Positions 24,701 to 39,000 of a stretch of 64,000 nt of DNA are shown here, in pieces. How positions within the stretch are numbered: position 1 is the first letter of the stretch; each line of letters begins with the position of its first letter. Under the pieces are notes generated by a model. That model saw nothing but the letters and a program-made list of their open reading frames with translations, was not told the origin of the DNA and did not search any database. The translations under genes were made by a program, and so were the position numbers. The stretch is from Pavona decussata (Eukaryota), in contig CDRNST010000104.1 of the NCBI GenBank assembly GCA_977016875.1, forward strand, positions 1,550,001 through 1,614,000, written 5' to 3'.

Positions 24701-26459
24701 CCATGTACAGTATTGTACATTTTAATTAAACTTAGTTATAATTGTTATGAAATACTAATGTTTCTTGACTACATACTCTGCAAACAGAAAGTAACATAAC
24801 AAAACAAAACTTGCAAAACACTAGGGAAAGACCAGGTAATGCGGACAACGTCTGGGTACTGTGACAGAGTACACGCAATTAGTTACCTGAGAAATAGTCA
24901 GTTAATAGTCCCTGATGTTTCTTGGCTGATCCATCTCTATCGATTATTCTTGAAATATTTTTGATGTTGGACTTAAAGGAATTGACATCAACCCCTACAA
25001 ACAAACTGAATGTTTGCAGCACGTCCATAGCGTGACTGAGTTCCTGTTTTGAGGGCCGTTTAGGGGGCGGCTCATCAGTGACCACCTCATTCTCATCGTC
25101 CTCCTCCTGTTCTTGATCCCCATTGCTATTGGGTTGAAATTCAGCAATAATGTCAACATCACTGGGCAGCTCGGTGTCTGCTGTTAAGAGTTCGTCATCG
25201 CATTCAATCACGATTTCAGCATTAACATCTGTTGGTGCGTGATCTTGTTGCCTTTCTCTAAGGTTGTTGAGTTCTTCATCAAGCTCTTTGAAAGGGCCAT
25301 CGGTATCATTTATGGTGCACTTCTGTGACTCCTTCGATATGCCAGCTCTCTCAAAACAGTTTTGACCTGTTATATTGGACACTTTGTACCAGGCTGCAGT
25401 TAGCATGTTCTTTGCCAATAGGATGCTTATCTAGTGGGCCTTAAGTGATCTGATAACGGCTTGATCCATTTGTTGGCTCTTTGATGTCATGTTAGGAGGC
25501 GAGAACACTAACTGAATAGCATTAAGTCCTTCAATGTGTGGGTGGGCTGGGCAGTTATCCACAATAAGTGCAATTTTCCTGCTTTCTCTCAGAAAGTTTC
25601 TATTAAGCTCTCCGAACCACTCCTCAAACAAAGCACTCTCCATCCAACTCTTCTTTTGAGATCAGTATCGGCAGGGGAGGGTTCTAACACCTTGGTCTTG
25701 CTGATTTGCCAATGATAAACATCGGCTACTTTTTGCCAACCTCATTTCCAGCAGCCATACCAGTAAGCCTTGTTTTGCTGTGCTTACCACGCACACATTT
25801 CTCGTTCTTCAAATGTAAAGTCTTACTGGAAAGAGTTTGATGAAACAAGCCAAATTCGTCGGCGTTGAAAATATCCTCAAGCTTGTAGTTGGAGATAATG
25901 GCTGGCAGAGTTGTCTCGTCCCACGAGGTGGTCATTTCTGAGGTGCATGACTTTGCTTTCACAGCAACCATCTTAAACATGACGCGGTGCCTTGTTTTCC
26001 AGCAATCGCGCCAGCCATTAGAACCCTTAAAATTGTCAATCTGAAGCTCTTTTGCAAAGTGAACTGCCTTCTCTTTAAGCAAGGTACCACTGACAGGAAC
26101 ATTTCGCTCTTGTGCATTCATAAACCACTTGTTGATCCCTTTGTCCAAAGCGTCAAAACCTGCCCCTTTGAGCTTCATGGTCTTTGGACTTTACCCATTC
26201 TCGAAGACAGTTTAAAGCTTCTCTTTACCTTTTACCCACGTGGACAAAGTGTTTAAAGGAATGCCATACCTTGTTGCTAAATCCTTCTTAGCTACACCCT
26301 TCTCGATATCTTTGGGAGCTTTATATTTCTCCTCCAAAGTTTTGGTGGTTATTTTCGTTTGAGAGACTTCTTTTCCGACATTTCCAAGCAGTAATATCGA
26401 ATCTTGTTGAAAGCAAACTGCAAGATGTTCTTTCGCAATTAAAGCAATGTCGTCTGTCA

Positions 26460-29040
26460 TCTGTCTTACACGGTCTCCATGTTTTGTAGCATGGCAATAG
26501 AGTTCAAGCAGAGGTGCATACATGGTGATAAGTTCAGCATGATATTTGAAAGATGCATCTTCATCTGCTCCATCTTCTAGCCACTTCTTTAAGGCATCCA
26601 GAAGCACTCCAGTGTGTGATCCACTGCGATGCAGGGATGCCTTTAGAACAGACTCTGAGGGAAAATAATAATAATAATAATAATCAGTTTAATTACTTTT
26701 TTTGTAGCTTAACAGCTAAAATACAAGAGTGGTCTGGGTACTAATCATATACATACATTAACATGAAACATTAAACATTTTAACATTTTACTAAGAATAT
26801 CTATATGAAATAAATTTGTCGAGACGATTAGTAGAGGCCAAGGCAGGATCCTCTCTGATGGTGGCTGAACGTGAGTGTATCCATGGGACACAGTTGTGCG
26901 CTGTGGTAGCAAGTTAGCAAGGACACCAGTGTCCGGAACTCTCTGGATAAACTTAGTGCATGCTGTGGCGCGCCGATCCGAGAGAGTATGAAGACCACAG
27001 CGCACCAGTGCGTCCCTGTTGGAAAACCCAGGAAAGATTATCTCTAAGGCTTTTTTTCTGCACACCCTCAATTAGGAGACTAAGATATTCCAGCAAATTT
27101 GCCCAAACTGAGGAGGCATATTCCAACACTGAACGGATCAGACTGGAGTACACCAGAACTAACTCCCTTTCCGTCACACCTGACTTCTTCAAACAGCGTA
27201 GAGGGCACTGGCGTTTGTGTGCTCTTTGAGCAATGTACTCGCATTTCGTGCTCCAGCATAAATTATCAGTAACATACACACCAAGCAACTTTTACGTGTT
27301 GACGCGCTCGATTTCAGACCCAGAAAGTTGCAAAGGAGGAGGATGGTGCGGCTTATAGTGTAAGAAATCAATAAACATCTCCTTGCACTTCACTGGGTTG
27401 AGGCGCATGCCATGCTCAGTAGCATATGTGCAAATATCTCTTGCAATGAACGGAAGAAAACTGGTGGAACACCTAGGTATAATCTCCACCACCACGAGGT
27501 CGTCTACGTATTTAGCCTTGATCTTCCTTTGCCTGGCTAGGTTATTAACAAGTACTGCAAACAGTAAGGGGGCCAATTTAGTCAATTGGGGAATACCACC
27601 CCTAGGCACAACATGACCCGAGGTAGCACTACCTATTCTAACCAACTGCAATCTATTTGTCAAAAAAAAGGAAGACTTCTTAAATTCGTGAACAGCTGCA
27701 AGGCCACAAGCTAGTCCCTATTGCGCACTGCTTCCTTGACTCGGCCCAAATTCTGTTCCTGGAATTTCTTTTTACAAAATGCATCTTGTGTTAACTTGGG
27801 CCTTTTCATGACTGTGGATAAGGTAATGAAAGCCTCCTTTACCCATCACCTTAAAACAAGCTTCACAAAGATATCCCTTATTGGCATATCACCTGGGAAT
27901 TCTGAACACCAACCATATGCTGACGTGGAACGATTTTTGACACCCCTGCATACTTTATTTGTTCCATTATCACAAACAATAATTGTCGGGCATGCGTTAC
28001 ATTTTTACCGATTGGAAACAAAACCATCATTTCCATCTTCATCAATTTGAACTTCTTCAGATGCAACATTCAATTCATCATGTGTAATACCTCCTTCAAA
28101 CCTAAGCAACAACAATCTATCTTTGTTATCAGGCTCATTTTCAAATAAGTTGATAATGTCCTCCAAGCCCATTGCCTTGGCAATATCAAGTGGACTTGGC
28201 ATCCTAATGAAAAGTGGACCAGAGCTCAGTGCAAAATCTCCATGAAGAAGCTTCACCAGCTTTTCATTTTTGTTCAGCACATCCAAGGTTAGTGGCAAAG
28301 CTCCGCATCCTTCTAAACAGTTTATGTCAATTCCAACATGAAATAACGTCTGTATCAATGTCTCATTGTTATCCTCCACAGCAGCATGCATAATTGTTCT
28401 TCCAAAATGGTCCATGTTGGAAGTGTCCCAGTCAAACGTGTTTTTTTCATCTCATTGAGAAATCGTTTGAATGCAGTAGAGTCTGGGTCATGGACAGCCT
28501 TCCACATTTTCTTCGCCACACCGTCATACATCTTGTTGAATTTGCCATCGATTTTCTGAAACATATATTTCTTGGACTTGGTAGGAGTTTCTCTACTTTC
28601 AGCACTTTCACCATCATCATCATCATCATCATCATCACCAGCATGATCATCACATTGTTCATCTCCATCCATAGCAGCAGTAACAAAGCAGGTGTCTTCT
28701 TCATCATCAGCCTGTACCGAAGCAGCACCTTCGACACCTTTTTCTCTCCTGTCAAGTTGTAATTTGAGCTCTTTCATCTCTGACTTGTGCTTCTCTAAGA
28801 GTGTTAAGAATTCGAACCTGTTGCGAGCTTCTTTCAAGTCGAATGTTTTAGTGTTATCATTAAATGTCAAGAAGCATGTGTCATGATTGCAACTGATACT
28901 GAATTCTTTACCAAATTCTTCAAGAATGCATGCAGTCCCAGTAATAGTGGAATTATCTTCAAGGGACAGTGGCAGTATTACAACATCTGACTTTGCATTG
29001 CTGCTTTGTGGATTTATCATTTCTGGAACTTGAACTCAAT
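26460..29040 (-). pseudogene. Academ-like (DUF6589-type) transposase remnant containing ankyrin repeats
   Basis: In order: [27 protein letters not shown]; an acidic linker; ankyrin repeats ([13 protein letters not shown]...[17 protein letters not shown]...SPLDIA); IIVCDNGT; FPGDM[H]; LLELYCHATKHGDR. Interrupted by a LINE at 26664-27662. Confidence 0.55.
26664..27662 (-). mobile_element. 5'-truncated CR1/L2-type LINE (RT C-terminal half)
   Basis: GIPQ.TKLAPLLF, KYVDD, MRLNPVKCKEM, LGVYVTDNLCW, IRSVLEYASSVW, and a (TAT)n tail at 26664-26684. Confidence 0.85.
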
Positions 29041-29690
29041 ATTTTCTTTTCCTTTTAAGGACACTACTGGCAAAATATTAGAAAATTGTGGAGGGGCAGA
29101 GAGTTGGAGGGTTCTGAATAACAAGTTACCTTCGCTCACTTTACCCTGAGCCTAATAAAGAATCTTCCTTTTATCTGTTGTTGTTATTATTATTTTAACA
29201 GTAGTCACTGATTACTTATGCAAAATCAAAACCCCTCCTTGCTTTACATGTGCCCTAGCATTGACTTTATCCGATTGGATCATAATGAAAAAGAAACTCA
29301 GCTGCTAGAGGCATTTTGGCTTTGCATAAGTTGAAAACGACTTCTGTGTGCTGCTAACAGTTCACTTGAAGGCGAAGAAGCAACACTTGCAGTGGTTGGT
29401 GCTATTCTTCTAGGATCACTTAAGGACATTTCCATGTAGTCTTGCACACTGCCATCATCATTTGCACGCAACTTAAATATTTTTGCCATAAGCATTGGAA
29501 TATACGAGCAATCCTTGTCTCCTTTCGGTGATGCAATATGCCAGTGCTTTGTACGCTGATTGAACTTTCTGTAGCACCAAGCTCACGGCGGCTGTTAAAG
29601 AGCCAAAGGTCACGAGCCAAACAACTTGTCGCGATGAATCTAGCGGGCGGGAAATGCTTTACTAATCAAATAAAGTCAGGAACCAAGGTT

Positions 29691-30521
29691 TGTTACTGAT
29701 TGTCTATGATTTAATTGACCAAAGCCGAATGTAAACTGAAATACAATGTTTGCGCGTAACCAAAACAACAAGAATCACGGATGCGCAGATACACATTCCA
29801 ATCATGGTTTTACAATTACAAAGAGCTTGTAGCTAAACTATAAAAAAGGCGGAATCGAAACTGATAAAAAATCTATACACTTGGACTTAGCTAAATAGCA
29901 TGCATAAAGAAGTCTCAAGAAAAAATTAAATCCTAAAGCACTATTTGAAACTACAAGTACATGATAACAAAGGCTGTGCTTGCGGAAATGCCGTAGCAAG
30001 GGAAACGTGACAGCAGGAAAGTGAAAGACCAAGTTACTTGAAATGTCTAAAAGCACAAAGGGAGCTAAGACTACATAAAAACGTGTTTGACTACAGTATT
30101 TGTAGTGCTAAAAAGGACGAAAGGGCGAGATTAAAGACTAGGGCGTTGTCACGTTCTTAACTTGAAGTCCATGCTAAAGGAACTATAAAAATATTGAGCA
30201 CAAGAAAAAACTAATATCCTGGACGAGTACCTGTAGACAAAAGTATGAAGATAAATGTACTTACAAATCAGTTCCCGCTTGTGCTCTAAAAGGCCAAGGA
30301 TGACTTAAAGACTTCTTTTACTAAAATACTCTTATCAAGGCGATACAGTACTTAGGACTAAAAGGCTACTGGCAAAATGCTGCTATTTCGTACTAAATGG
30401 TTCCACCTGTAAAGCTAATGACGTAATACTAAATAAACAGTTAACGAATCAGAAAGGGCCACTAGTAATAATCAAAGTAGATAAGCCTCATTAGGTGTTC
30501 TTTACACCTTGGGTAGTAACA
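29691..30521 (-). mobile_element. Solo LTR (831 bp)
   Basis: TGTTACT...AGTAACA inverted termini with a GGTT direct repeat on both sides. Shares the blocks acttacaaatcagttcccgcttgtgc and tgctgctatt with the BEL LTR. Confidence 0.7.
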
Positions 30522-30907
30522 GGTTTCACTAGACTCATTGGACAGTGGTGGCCGATACAGATGGTAATTGTGGTCGATAGTACATAGCATCTTCCTTGCT
30601 TTGAAGGCCTTGTACCTAAAGTCCAAATTTTCTTTTAGATATGGAGGTGGTCAAACGTTATTATACAGTGGCAAAGGAATCTAATAAAGAAGTACAATAA
30701 TTTAACAAAAGCCTTGTGTACTACAATAAAGCAACTACCTTCATAGCACATCAAATTCGAGCGACACTGATTATTTAAAATTTACTTTTATTTCAGTTGC
30801 TATACACCTCAAATCTCCTTTTGAATGACGCATAGCAACAACTGCTTGATAAACAGAGGTACACTAATCTATTTGTCACTTGCCCAAAAGCACACCTCTT
30901 TCCAGTA

Positions 30908-31308
30908 CAGATGAACCTCGATTATCCAGACTCGTTGGGACCTCGGTAAATAGTCCGGATAATCGAGAGTCCAGATAATCAAGAATATGAATGTTAATAA
31001 GATAGAAATGCAAACAAAAGGTTACAACAAAGAAAACATCATTTTAATTGTGAAATCTACACAGCCTGTAACAAATGAGCCAATCGGATATCAGCTGAAT
31101 GCATCAGGACATTTCTTTGTCTCGTCGCACTTACGAATTTTGAAAAGCGCAAAGGATAATATGCTGTTTCAACAGTCTTTTGAAAGGATTATTGGTTTTT
31201 TGCGACTTTGAGTTTTCAAGATCACAACTAATTAATATTCATGTAAAAATTGGGACCAGGGAAAAAAGTCCGGATAACCGAATAGTCCGGATAATCGAGG
31301 TTCGACTG
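30908..31308. mobile_element. Tigger/pogo-type MITE
   Basis: TA|CAGATGAACCTCGATTATCC ... GGATAATCGAGGTTCGACTG|TA. Confidence 0.85.
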
Positions 31309-34259
31309 TATACATCAGGGAATGGCTATTCATTGATTCTAGTCTTCCAGTATGTCTGAAATAATTAAGGATACGTTTTGCAATAACAAAAAGTAAAAAG
31401 AAGTTTTCCTGCTGGTAGGTTTCAAACAAGGAAAATTTTAATAATCACTCCCTCAATATTAGAAAACTTTTTTTGTGATTTTCCTTTCTTTTGCCTAAAT
31501 GGGAAAGAAAAGATGCCTTACCATTGATTTAATAAAATATGGTTCAATGTATATTTAGACATTTTACCTAAAGTTGACATAATATTTGAGAGAGGCCAAG
31601 AGGCTTGGGCAAGAACAACATCCTGAAGTGCCTTGAAGTCCTTGTCTCTACAGTCAAACCAAGGCAATGTGTGGTCTGCATCATCAGCAATGGGATCATG
31701 GGCACATTTTTCATCTATCATTTCATGTTGCTTGCAGACATGGTAAAGTAAACTCATCCATAGCGTATATAATAATTGGAACACAAAAAGGAAAAAAAAA
31801 AACAAGTTAAAACCAAAAGGGAAGAAATGTATATTCATCAGCGGCCAGTTCATTTTCACTGTTTTTGGCTCCCTCACATTCTTCATCATCAATCTCAACA
31901 TTTGCAATGCTATCAATTTCACTGTCAGAACAGGCGCTGCTTGCATCACTATTTTGATCATCCAGCAGTGACAGTATATGTTGCATTCTAAACACAAAAA
32001 GAAACAGTTCAGTTCCTCAACATCATCATAATTTTTTACATTTTTCACAAGGCTGATACATGCACATGTTTTGGTTAATTTTTTTTTCTTGCCATAAATT
32101 GTAAGTTTTTGTTATAAAAGCATACACTCGAATAATAGCAAAAAAAATCAACTGAGGGAAATCTCTCCAAAAAAGTAAGACACACTACACTAGAACCGAA
32201 AATAGAAATTTGTGGATCATTTCCTTTTTATTTTTACGAGAACATTCGAGCTGTTTCATCCAATAGCTTAAGAAAGTAGGTCTAACCTAAATAGAGAATT
32301 ATATTCATCTAAAATAAGGAAAAAAAATCAAGTTTAAAGTACTAATACAGAGTACGAAGTGGAACCTACTTTGTGTCATCGTCAAATGTAATCTCCATAT
32401 CAGAGTTGTTTGTGCTGTCAGATTCACTCCCAGAACTACTATCTGTATCAGGCTCGAAGCCTTTGTTTGGGGTAGGAATAACAGATCCATCTAAGATATG
32501 AAAACTTGAACTGCCCATGTTGGGATCTGTTGGTGTACTATCATCTCCATAAACACTTTGTACTTCAGGATCACCACCATGCATTTCGTCATCCTCATCA
32601 GATGACCGCGTAATATCCACTTCACTACAGATAAACCAGAAAAAAAAAAGGTTGAAATGTCTTCTTTCTTACATGAAAATCTTCTTCCAGGTTATGTGGG
32701 GAAAATTGAACGCATATTCCTAGTTTCTCTTTCTCACCACTAAGTTATCCAAGCAATCCACAAATAACATGATGCACAGAATTGCCTTTTTCATACAGAT
32801 TAGACATAAAAATATTAAAGGATAACATGTTTACACCTTGGATTAGAGGTTAGAAGTAATAACAGCAATTGGTGTCGACCAACTGCAATTGCCAGGTTAT
32901 AAAACTTTATCAATGCAATGAGTTTGTGAACAATAAATGTTTGCAATATAATTGCTAGTAACTGACATAAAAAACATATGAATGGCACAGCTTCGTACAT
33001 GTACTGCATTTGTAATAAAGTTCTAAAAGTATGAAACAATAACATGCCAGGTAAATAATTAATACCTTTCAGATTCAGTCATATTGAAAACAGTCTGGGC
33101 AGCACCAGGCAAAACCTTCTCGGCAGACATGGACAGTCCTCTTCCGGATTCTTTCCTCGCATTTGGGGTAGAAGTAACTGGACGTGGCACAAAATGAATA
33201 CAAAGCAGTTATGCCACAACTTACATGCAGTCAATGACGGTGACTTTCACCATCAAAACAGTCAGAAATAACAAACACATAATCGTCTTTTTTTTTTCTT
33301 CTTTTTGCTGCTATTGTTTTTAGAGAGTCAAACATTTTGTGCCCCCTTGCTGTTGATCCTGCACAAAAACAACGAGATAATGTTATTTTATCTGGAACCA
33401 CAACTTCTGCTGACATGTATGCAGTTATTGCTGTCAGACAACGCGTTTTTTCAACAACATAAAATTAAATGACGGCTTGTGAGAGCAGAAACGAGTCGAA
33501 AAGTGGTATATGGTAAATTATAGAACCAAAGAGCACAATAATTCAGATTTCTTTCAAGAAAACCAGAAAGAAAATTCGTAACTCGCCTCTCGAGTCTCGC
33601 CATCTCCAGTGACAGCAAATGTGCTGTGAAATCTGAGTCGTTATTGAAGGAACTTCTCCCTTTCAGGAATTTCCACGTATTGCGGATCCGGCTGAGAAGC
33701 CAAACCCAACATCTTGCTCCGTTCCGGATCGATCAATTGAGTTTTTCGACCTCCAGAGCCTCAAGAGATCGTCCTGCTGGTCTGCCACAACATCGCTTTT
33801 GCGACTCCATAACATATCACAAGGTTGATGTCAAAAAATTTACGGCTTTGAAACAACCTTTCCAAGTATTAAGTGTATAATATATTGAATAATAGATGAA
33901 AGATTTCACGTACGTCGAAAATGATGGTAGATGACCAATATGCGTGGCGGATTTCAATGGATTATCATGAAGCTTGACAATTGCCAATTTCTCTTTGTCC
34001 CAGATGATTTATTCTGAACAAAGAATCATGGGGCATGGGGTATGCACGTGGAAATTCCTGTTTTGTAATTTACTTGCCTGTATAGTGGAAGCTTCTCCTC
34101 TTTCAACAATACTGAGGCCTCTGTGAGGTCTGTGTCCTCTAGAATGTCGTGGCCTGGTGGCAGAAGTTTCTTGCATGATTCGTACGTTTCATCATAGAAG
34201 CATTTAGACTTTTCCACAGTGTCTCGAAAAATCGATTGAACAGAATTTTATTGCATCAC

Positions 34260-34900
34260 CACGGGACGAACAACTTTACTGGTAGGCTTAACTGTTTTGC
34301 CAGAACATGAGGAATTACCAGTGGAGCGACAAGAGGCCCTCTTAGAATCATCGGAATCCTCATCCTGGCCGTCAGTGCCATCAGAAGAACTGTCGTCTTC
34401 AACATCAAGCTGTGCAAGATGTTGGGCTACACGATCTGGCAGTGTTTCCTCCTTTTGTAAATCATCTAAGGTCTTAGGACATGAGACAGTTGCAGAAGCG
34501 TACAGGGACTGCTGCTGAAGCCAAAGGAGCCGAGGTCGACATCAAGGAATTTGAAAGAACAGCTTTTTGGCGCTGGAGTTTTTCACGGAGCACCGCCCCC
34601 TCTTCTTTGAGCGCTCACAACTCCTCCTTCTGTTCTAAAATCGCCAGTTCCCGGCGAAGCTGTCTATTCTGTGCTCGCTGGGCTGCAAGAGAACGAGACA
34701 ACTCACTTTCTGGTTTTGGAGAACCGCAAAGGTCACTAACAGGCGATATTACATCCTCGTGGGACTTCTCAACATGAACAGGATCTTCGACTTGATCATT
34801 GTGAACTTCAACATCGGCACCGTTACATTGTTTGGATGCTTGACCAAACGAGTGTCACGACAACAAGGTTTTACAACCTGGACATTTACGCTTACGTCCT
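34260..34900 (-). pseudogene. DIRS/Ngaro-like gag (ORF1) fragment
   Basis: CPGCK...HSFGQASKQC finger, coiled coil LRRELAILEQKEE, an acidic tract, then SGKTVKPTSKVVRP. Confidence 0.5.
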
Positions 34901-35355
34901 GTAATAGTAAATGAGAAAAAAGTAGACGGCAATCGACATGAACGAATCAGCACGAAAACATGAAGCACCCTAGAATACGATCAATTTGTATGCAAGATAC
35001 GACACTGGCAGAACCTAGGACAAAAGCCAGATCAAGTATCCAGGAGCAATTAACTATTTTAAATGAAATTTAAAATGCTCAAATTAATTAATTAATTAAT
35101 TACCGTATCAATTAACTTATATCACTAGACTATGTGGTCTTGGTAGGCACCACTAACCCTCTGGTCAACTTTGTTGAGCCTATTCAGAAATTTTGTCCAC
35201 ATGATGGCATGGGGCCCCAGTAGCAAATGTGAAGAATTCTTCCAGAACCTCTGGTGTGTCTGAAGCAATGAATTCATTCAAGAGTAACATTGTGTTTCTT
35301 TCAGCATCACTCATTTCAGTTGGAAATAGTAAAATCTTCCTAACTTCATCTCCCT

Positions 35356-36090
35356 GCTGCTCCCGCTGCGGACTACCTTAACTAATCAACCAAATTTACT
35401 TTCACAAAGAAAAGAGTTAAAAGAAACATACCCGCCTAAAAGATCACACTTGATAAACAGCTGCCATCTTGATTTTTGCCTCTTTATTCGACCCAGGCCT
35501 TCTTTAATCTCGCCCCAGTCTTCATAAATATATATATATAAAAAAAGTGTGGAAGATTGATCCGTGGGACTTGCTTGCATACTTCTCGCCTGCATAATCA
35601 ATGAATGGATATCAGCGACGTCATCAATCACTTATCAAAAATATCCCAGCCGCTGATAGTTTACATTTCATGTAGATCAGAAAATCAATTACCACTTTTG
35701 GGGCCGGTAAGACCCGGTAACAGTTTTTATTGTTATGTTAAGCGTAAAAATGTTTTTAAGAACTTACTTATAGCTGTGCTTGGAAGTCACCATTTGAAGA
35801 TTAACCTAGCTTAGTAGGCCGTTGGGGACGTAGTCTCCTACATAGAAGCACATAGAGACATTGTGTGACGATACAAGAATGGCTGCGTTAGAGACTACTG
35901 GGGACGAGGTTTGCAATGAAGAAGAAGGCCTGGGTCGAGGATAGTGACGCAATCAAGATGACGGCTGTTTATCAAGTGTGATCTTGTAGGCAGGTACGTT
36001 TCTTGTAACTCTCTTCTATGTGAAAGTAAATTTAGTTGATTAGTTAGGGTAGTCCGCAGCGAGTAGTCTGTGGAGCGGGGTCAGTTTTTT
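35356..36090. mobile_element. MITE with about 150-bp imperfect TIRs inserted in a HECT exon
   Basis: cgctgcggactaccttaactaatcaac...cgacccaggccttctt (35365-35503) is the reverse complement of 35921-36061. Confidence 0.8.
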
Positions 36091-39000
36091 CAACTCTCCC
36101 GTTGCCAACAACAAACAGCTCCTGAAAAATTTCAGAATGTTCCTTCATTCTTGACCCAAATCCAAGGGTTTGTAACCCTTCTCGTAGCTGGTCCAGCAAA
36201 ATCTTTGGTTTGCCAATTGTGTCATGAACAATTAAACTTTGTAGAACTCTCAACTTATCATTCTGAAAAGAAGAGCAATTGTGTAACCCTACCAAGGATG
36301 TGAAATTTAATTTGTTTGATTTCATGTTTGTTTTGAATCTTATATTAGTTTTATTATATTACAACACACTCACGGCAATCGCAGAACCAAACTCAGCCTT
36401 GGTCACACTAATGTCATTTAAAGGTGTGCATGTTTTGGTGTGTATAAATTTTAAATATTCAGTTTTTTATTGTTGGTGGAACTCAAGAGAAAACGATTCT
36501 GGGAATTTAACTTACAGTTAATGCTGTTGTCATTAAACATTCACTGAGTGCAGTCATTACTTCCTCTTGGTCAAGGTCTGCAACATCAACAACTCCTGCA
36601 ATGTAACAAAAAAATGACTTCTTACTGTAAAATGCACATCTTACAGTACTAAAGGCAGAGGTGTGAGGGAATGGAGTTGAAACTGCATAATTGCCATTTT
36701 CACAGTTTAACTTCTGTTTTGCTTCAGGCTAATTTTATTTACTTTCACTTGACTTCACTTTGTTAAAAGAAAAAAATGGCTGTAGGAAAGTGTACCCTTA
36801 CATCTATTTTTGCAAAATATAGCAATCAGGGTATCCTGAGATAGAAATGGAATTATGTTCCAAAGTGACAAACCTACAATGTGTTTTCATGGGAGGTGAG
36901 GAATCACTCTGGGAGACTTTCCTTCACACATAGACACACCAAATGAACTACAATCATGAACAAAAGTTCTTGGGATGCCCAGCAAAATCACATGTGAAAT
37001 TGCAAATTCGTCATGGTGCTCAAAATAAGCCTGTTGTTATCGTTATATAACACTGTGTGGGCAATGATCCTGGGTGTCACGGGGCGCTTCATATCAACAT
37101 TTACAGGGGGAGGGGGAATGCCTGAAATTGCTCACTTTGGGGGGGAGTATCCCAAGACGTTTGTCCCGGATTGTAGTTTCTCTCTCATATGTACATGTAT
37201 TTAGTTGAAACCCTTCCACAAACTACAGAGTGATGCTGCAGTAAGTTGGCATTGCTGGATATGAAATTAAAATCAAATGAACCTATTTATGTAATATAGT
37301 TACTGTTGTGTGCCAAAAAAGTAACAATATGAAGCACAGAAAATACAAGTGCTGTTTTCTCTTACCTTTCATATCAAATCTTTCATTTGCATAGAACAAC
37401 TGCCAACTGTCATACTTCTTACAGCCTCTTGCACATCACCTTTAGCAAGGTAGTGATATACTGCCAAGCTGGAAACAGGAAATCCAGGCCCTCCTTGCAA
37501 AATGCTGTGTACTATTATGGTTCCCACCAACTTCATTATCCCAGATGCTACTACCTCACTGTCGTAGATGGGGCTACGATGAGTTTCACCCTGGAAGAAT
37601 GTATTGGAAATGGCATTCAGCAATTGGGTGTAGAACTGACGAATGACGCCTCCAGTGTCTGCTGCAGCCTGCTCTCTGTATAACACTCTGTCTCTTTTTA
37701 GGGTCAAATTCAATATCTTTGTAGTAACACATGGCATCTTGGAGCAGGTCTTCTGGAGACTTTGCAGCTCACACTTGACACTCAATCTTTGTTCAAAGGC
37801 TGGCGTCAGTAACTCAGTGTCATCATCATCATCAACATTATTGTTATCCACCACGGTTTTCCTTAATAAAGTATTGACAGCTTTGCCATAAGATCCCTCG
37901 GAAAGAAGGAAAGCTTGCAACTCACTTTTGCTTTTCTCTTGAAGCATTTCTTTAAGGTGTTGTATTTCATCTGCTTTTGATGGATGTTTTGAAGTTGATG
38001 GAAAATCTCGCTCATCATTGGGCTGGTTCCCAATGTCATCATCATCATCATCACTGTTAGGAGTTAAAAATAATTAAATGTATCTGAGATGAATGCAAGT
38101 AGTATTTTACAAAACTGGGGCAATTTTATTTTATTTGAATTTCTGAACCTGAATTTAGGTACACACTCAACAAATCTGCATTGAGAGTCGCTTGACGCTT
38201 TAAAGAAAAACAAGAAAGAAAACAGGAATTAGCTGATATTGACTAATATACAAAACTAATTAAGATCTTTAAGGACATTTGCTGTGTTTGAGAAGTCAAA
38301 TTGTGTCAAAGTGGGTCCTACCGTTAAAAATTGCTAATGTTCAATAGTCCATTTTACAGCTGTGTCCTTTGTCACCTGGCCTTTGAGTGGAAGCGAGGTT
38401 GGAGTTTACCTTGTTATGATACAAATCCTCCTGCTTTTCTTATAGTAGTTTGCATGAGAACAGCATGATTTACATATGAAAAGGAGGAGAGTTTGTATCA
38501 AAGCACGGTCAATTCCAGCTTTGCTTCCACTCAAAAGCCAGGTTACTAAACAGAGAACTGAAAAAGAGACCATTCAAAGTTATGACAATAGAACTGTGAA
38601 ATGGGCAATTGACATGATTGAAACAAATATTTCATCGTATTGAACACACAATAATAACTTAACAAAATTATTACTTATAAGTATATTAAATTGTCTTTTA
38701 CAAATAAGTTACAACATCATTGCAAAAGCTTACCCGTCTTTTTCTGAATAAGCAATGCTCCTCTTCTAGGTGAGTACGGGACAGGTCCATCTCCATTACT
38801 TTGTGTTACTTCGAGCATTCCACTTTCTCTACTTCTGGCTGTTGGAATAAAAACAAATATTAAAAAAACATGTTCGCTAGGTTTCTGTTTAACTTTTTAT
38901 GAAATAAGGATAAAATATAAGTGTACAATGCTCAAAGTAAAAAAAATTCCAACCCCTCCCAAGAAAGTTACAGTGTTTTTGATGATAACTTGTGTAGATG

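Larger units (their letters stand above)
16230..26460 (-). mobile_element. Tigger/pogo DNA transposon, interrupted by the BEL element
   Basis: TA|CAGTCGACTCCCGATAACTCGA TIR-type end at 16230. Transposase fragments at 24879-26360 read KGVAKKDLATRYGIPLNTLSTW, FNADEFGLF, LIVDNCPAHP and QQMDQAVI. The other TIR was not found. Confidence 0.85.
29298..33230 (-). pseudogene. Degenerate multi-exon Kolobok-like transposase gene
   Basis: Exon remnants: THAP-like LCIHF...VLPGAAQTVF (33070-33220); HVCKQHE...CAHDP...W (31570-31760); YKAFKARKMLCTIDHNYH (30545-30620); KHWH...YIPMLMAKIF...DPRRIAPT...SRF (29330-29560). Confidence 0.55.

Noticed and set aside
26212-26607. 131-aa ORF as a real fusion protein
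   Set aside because: It is a chance in-frame join of the Academ-like exon with the Tigger 5' region at about 26460.
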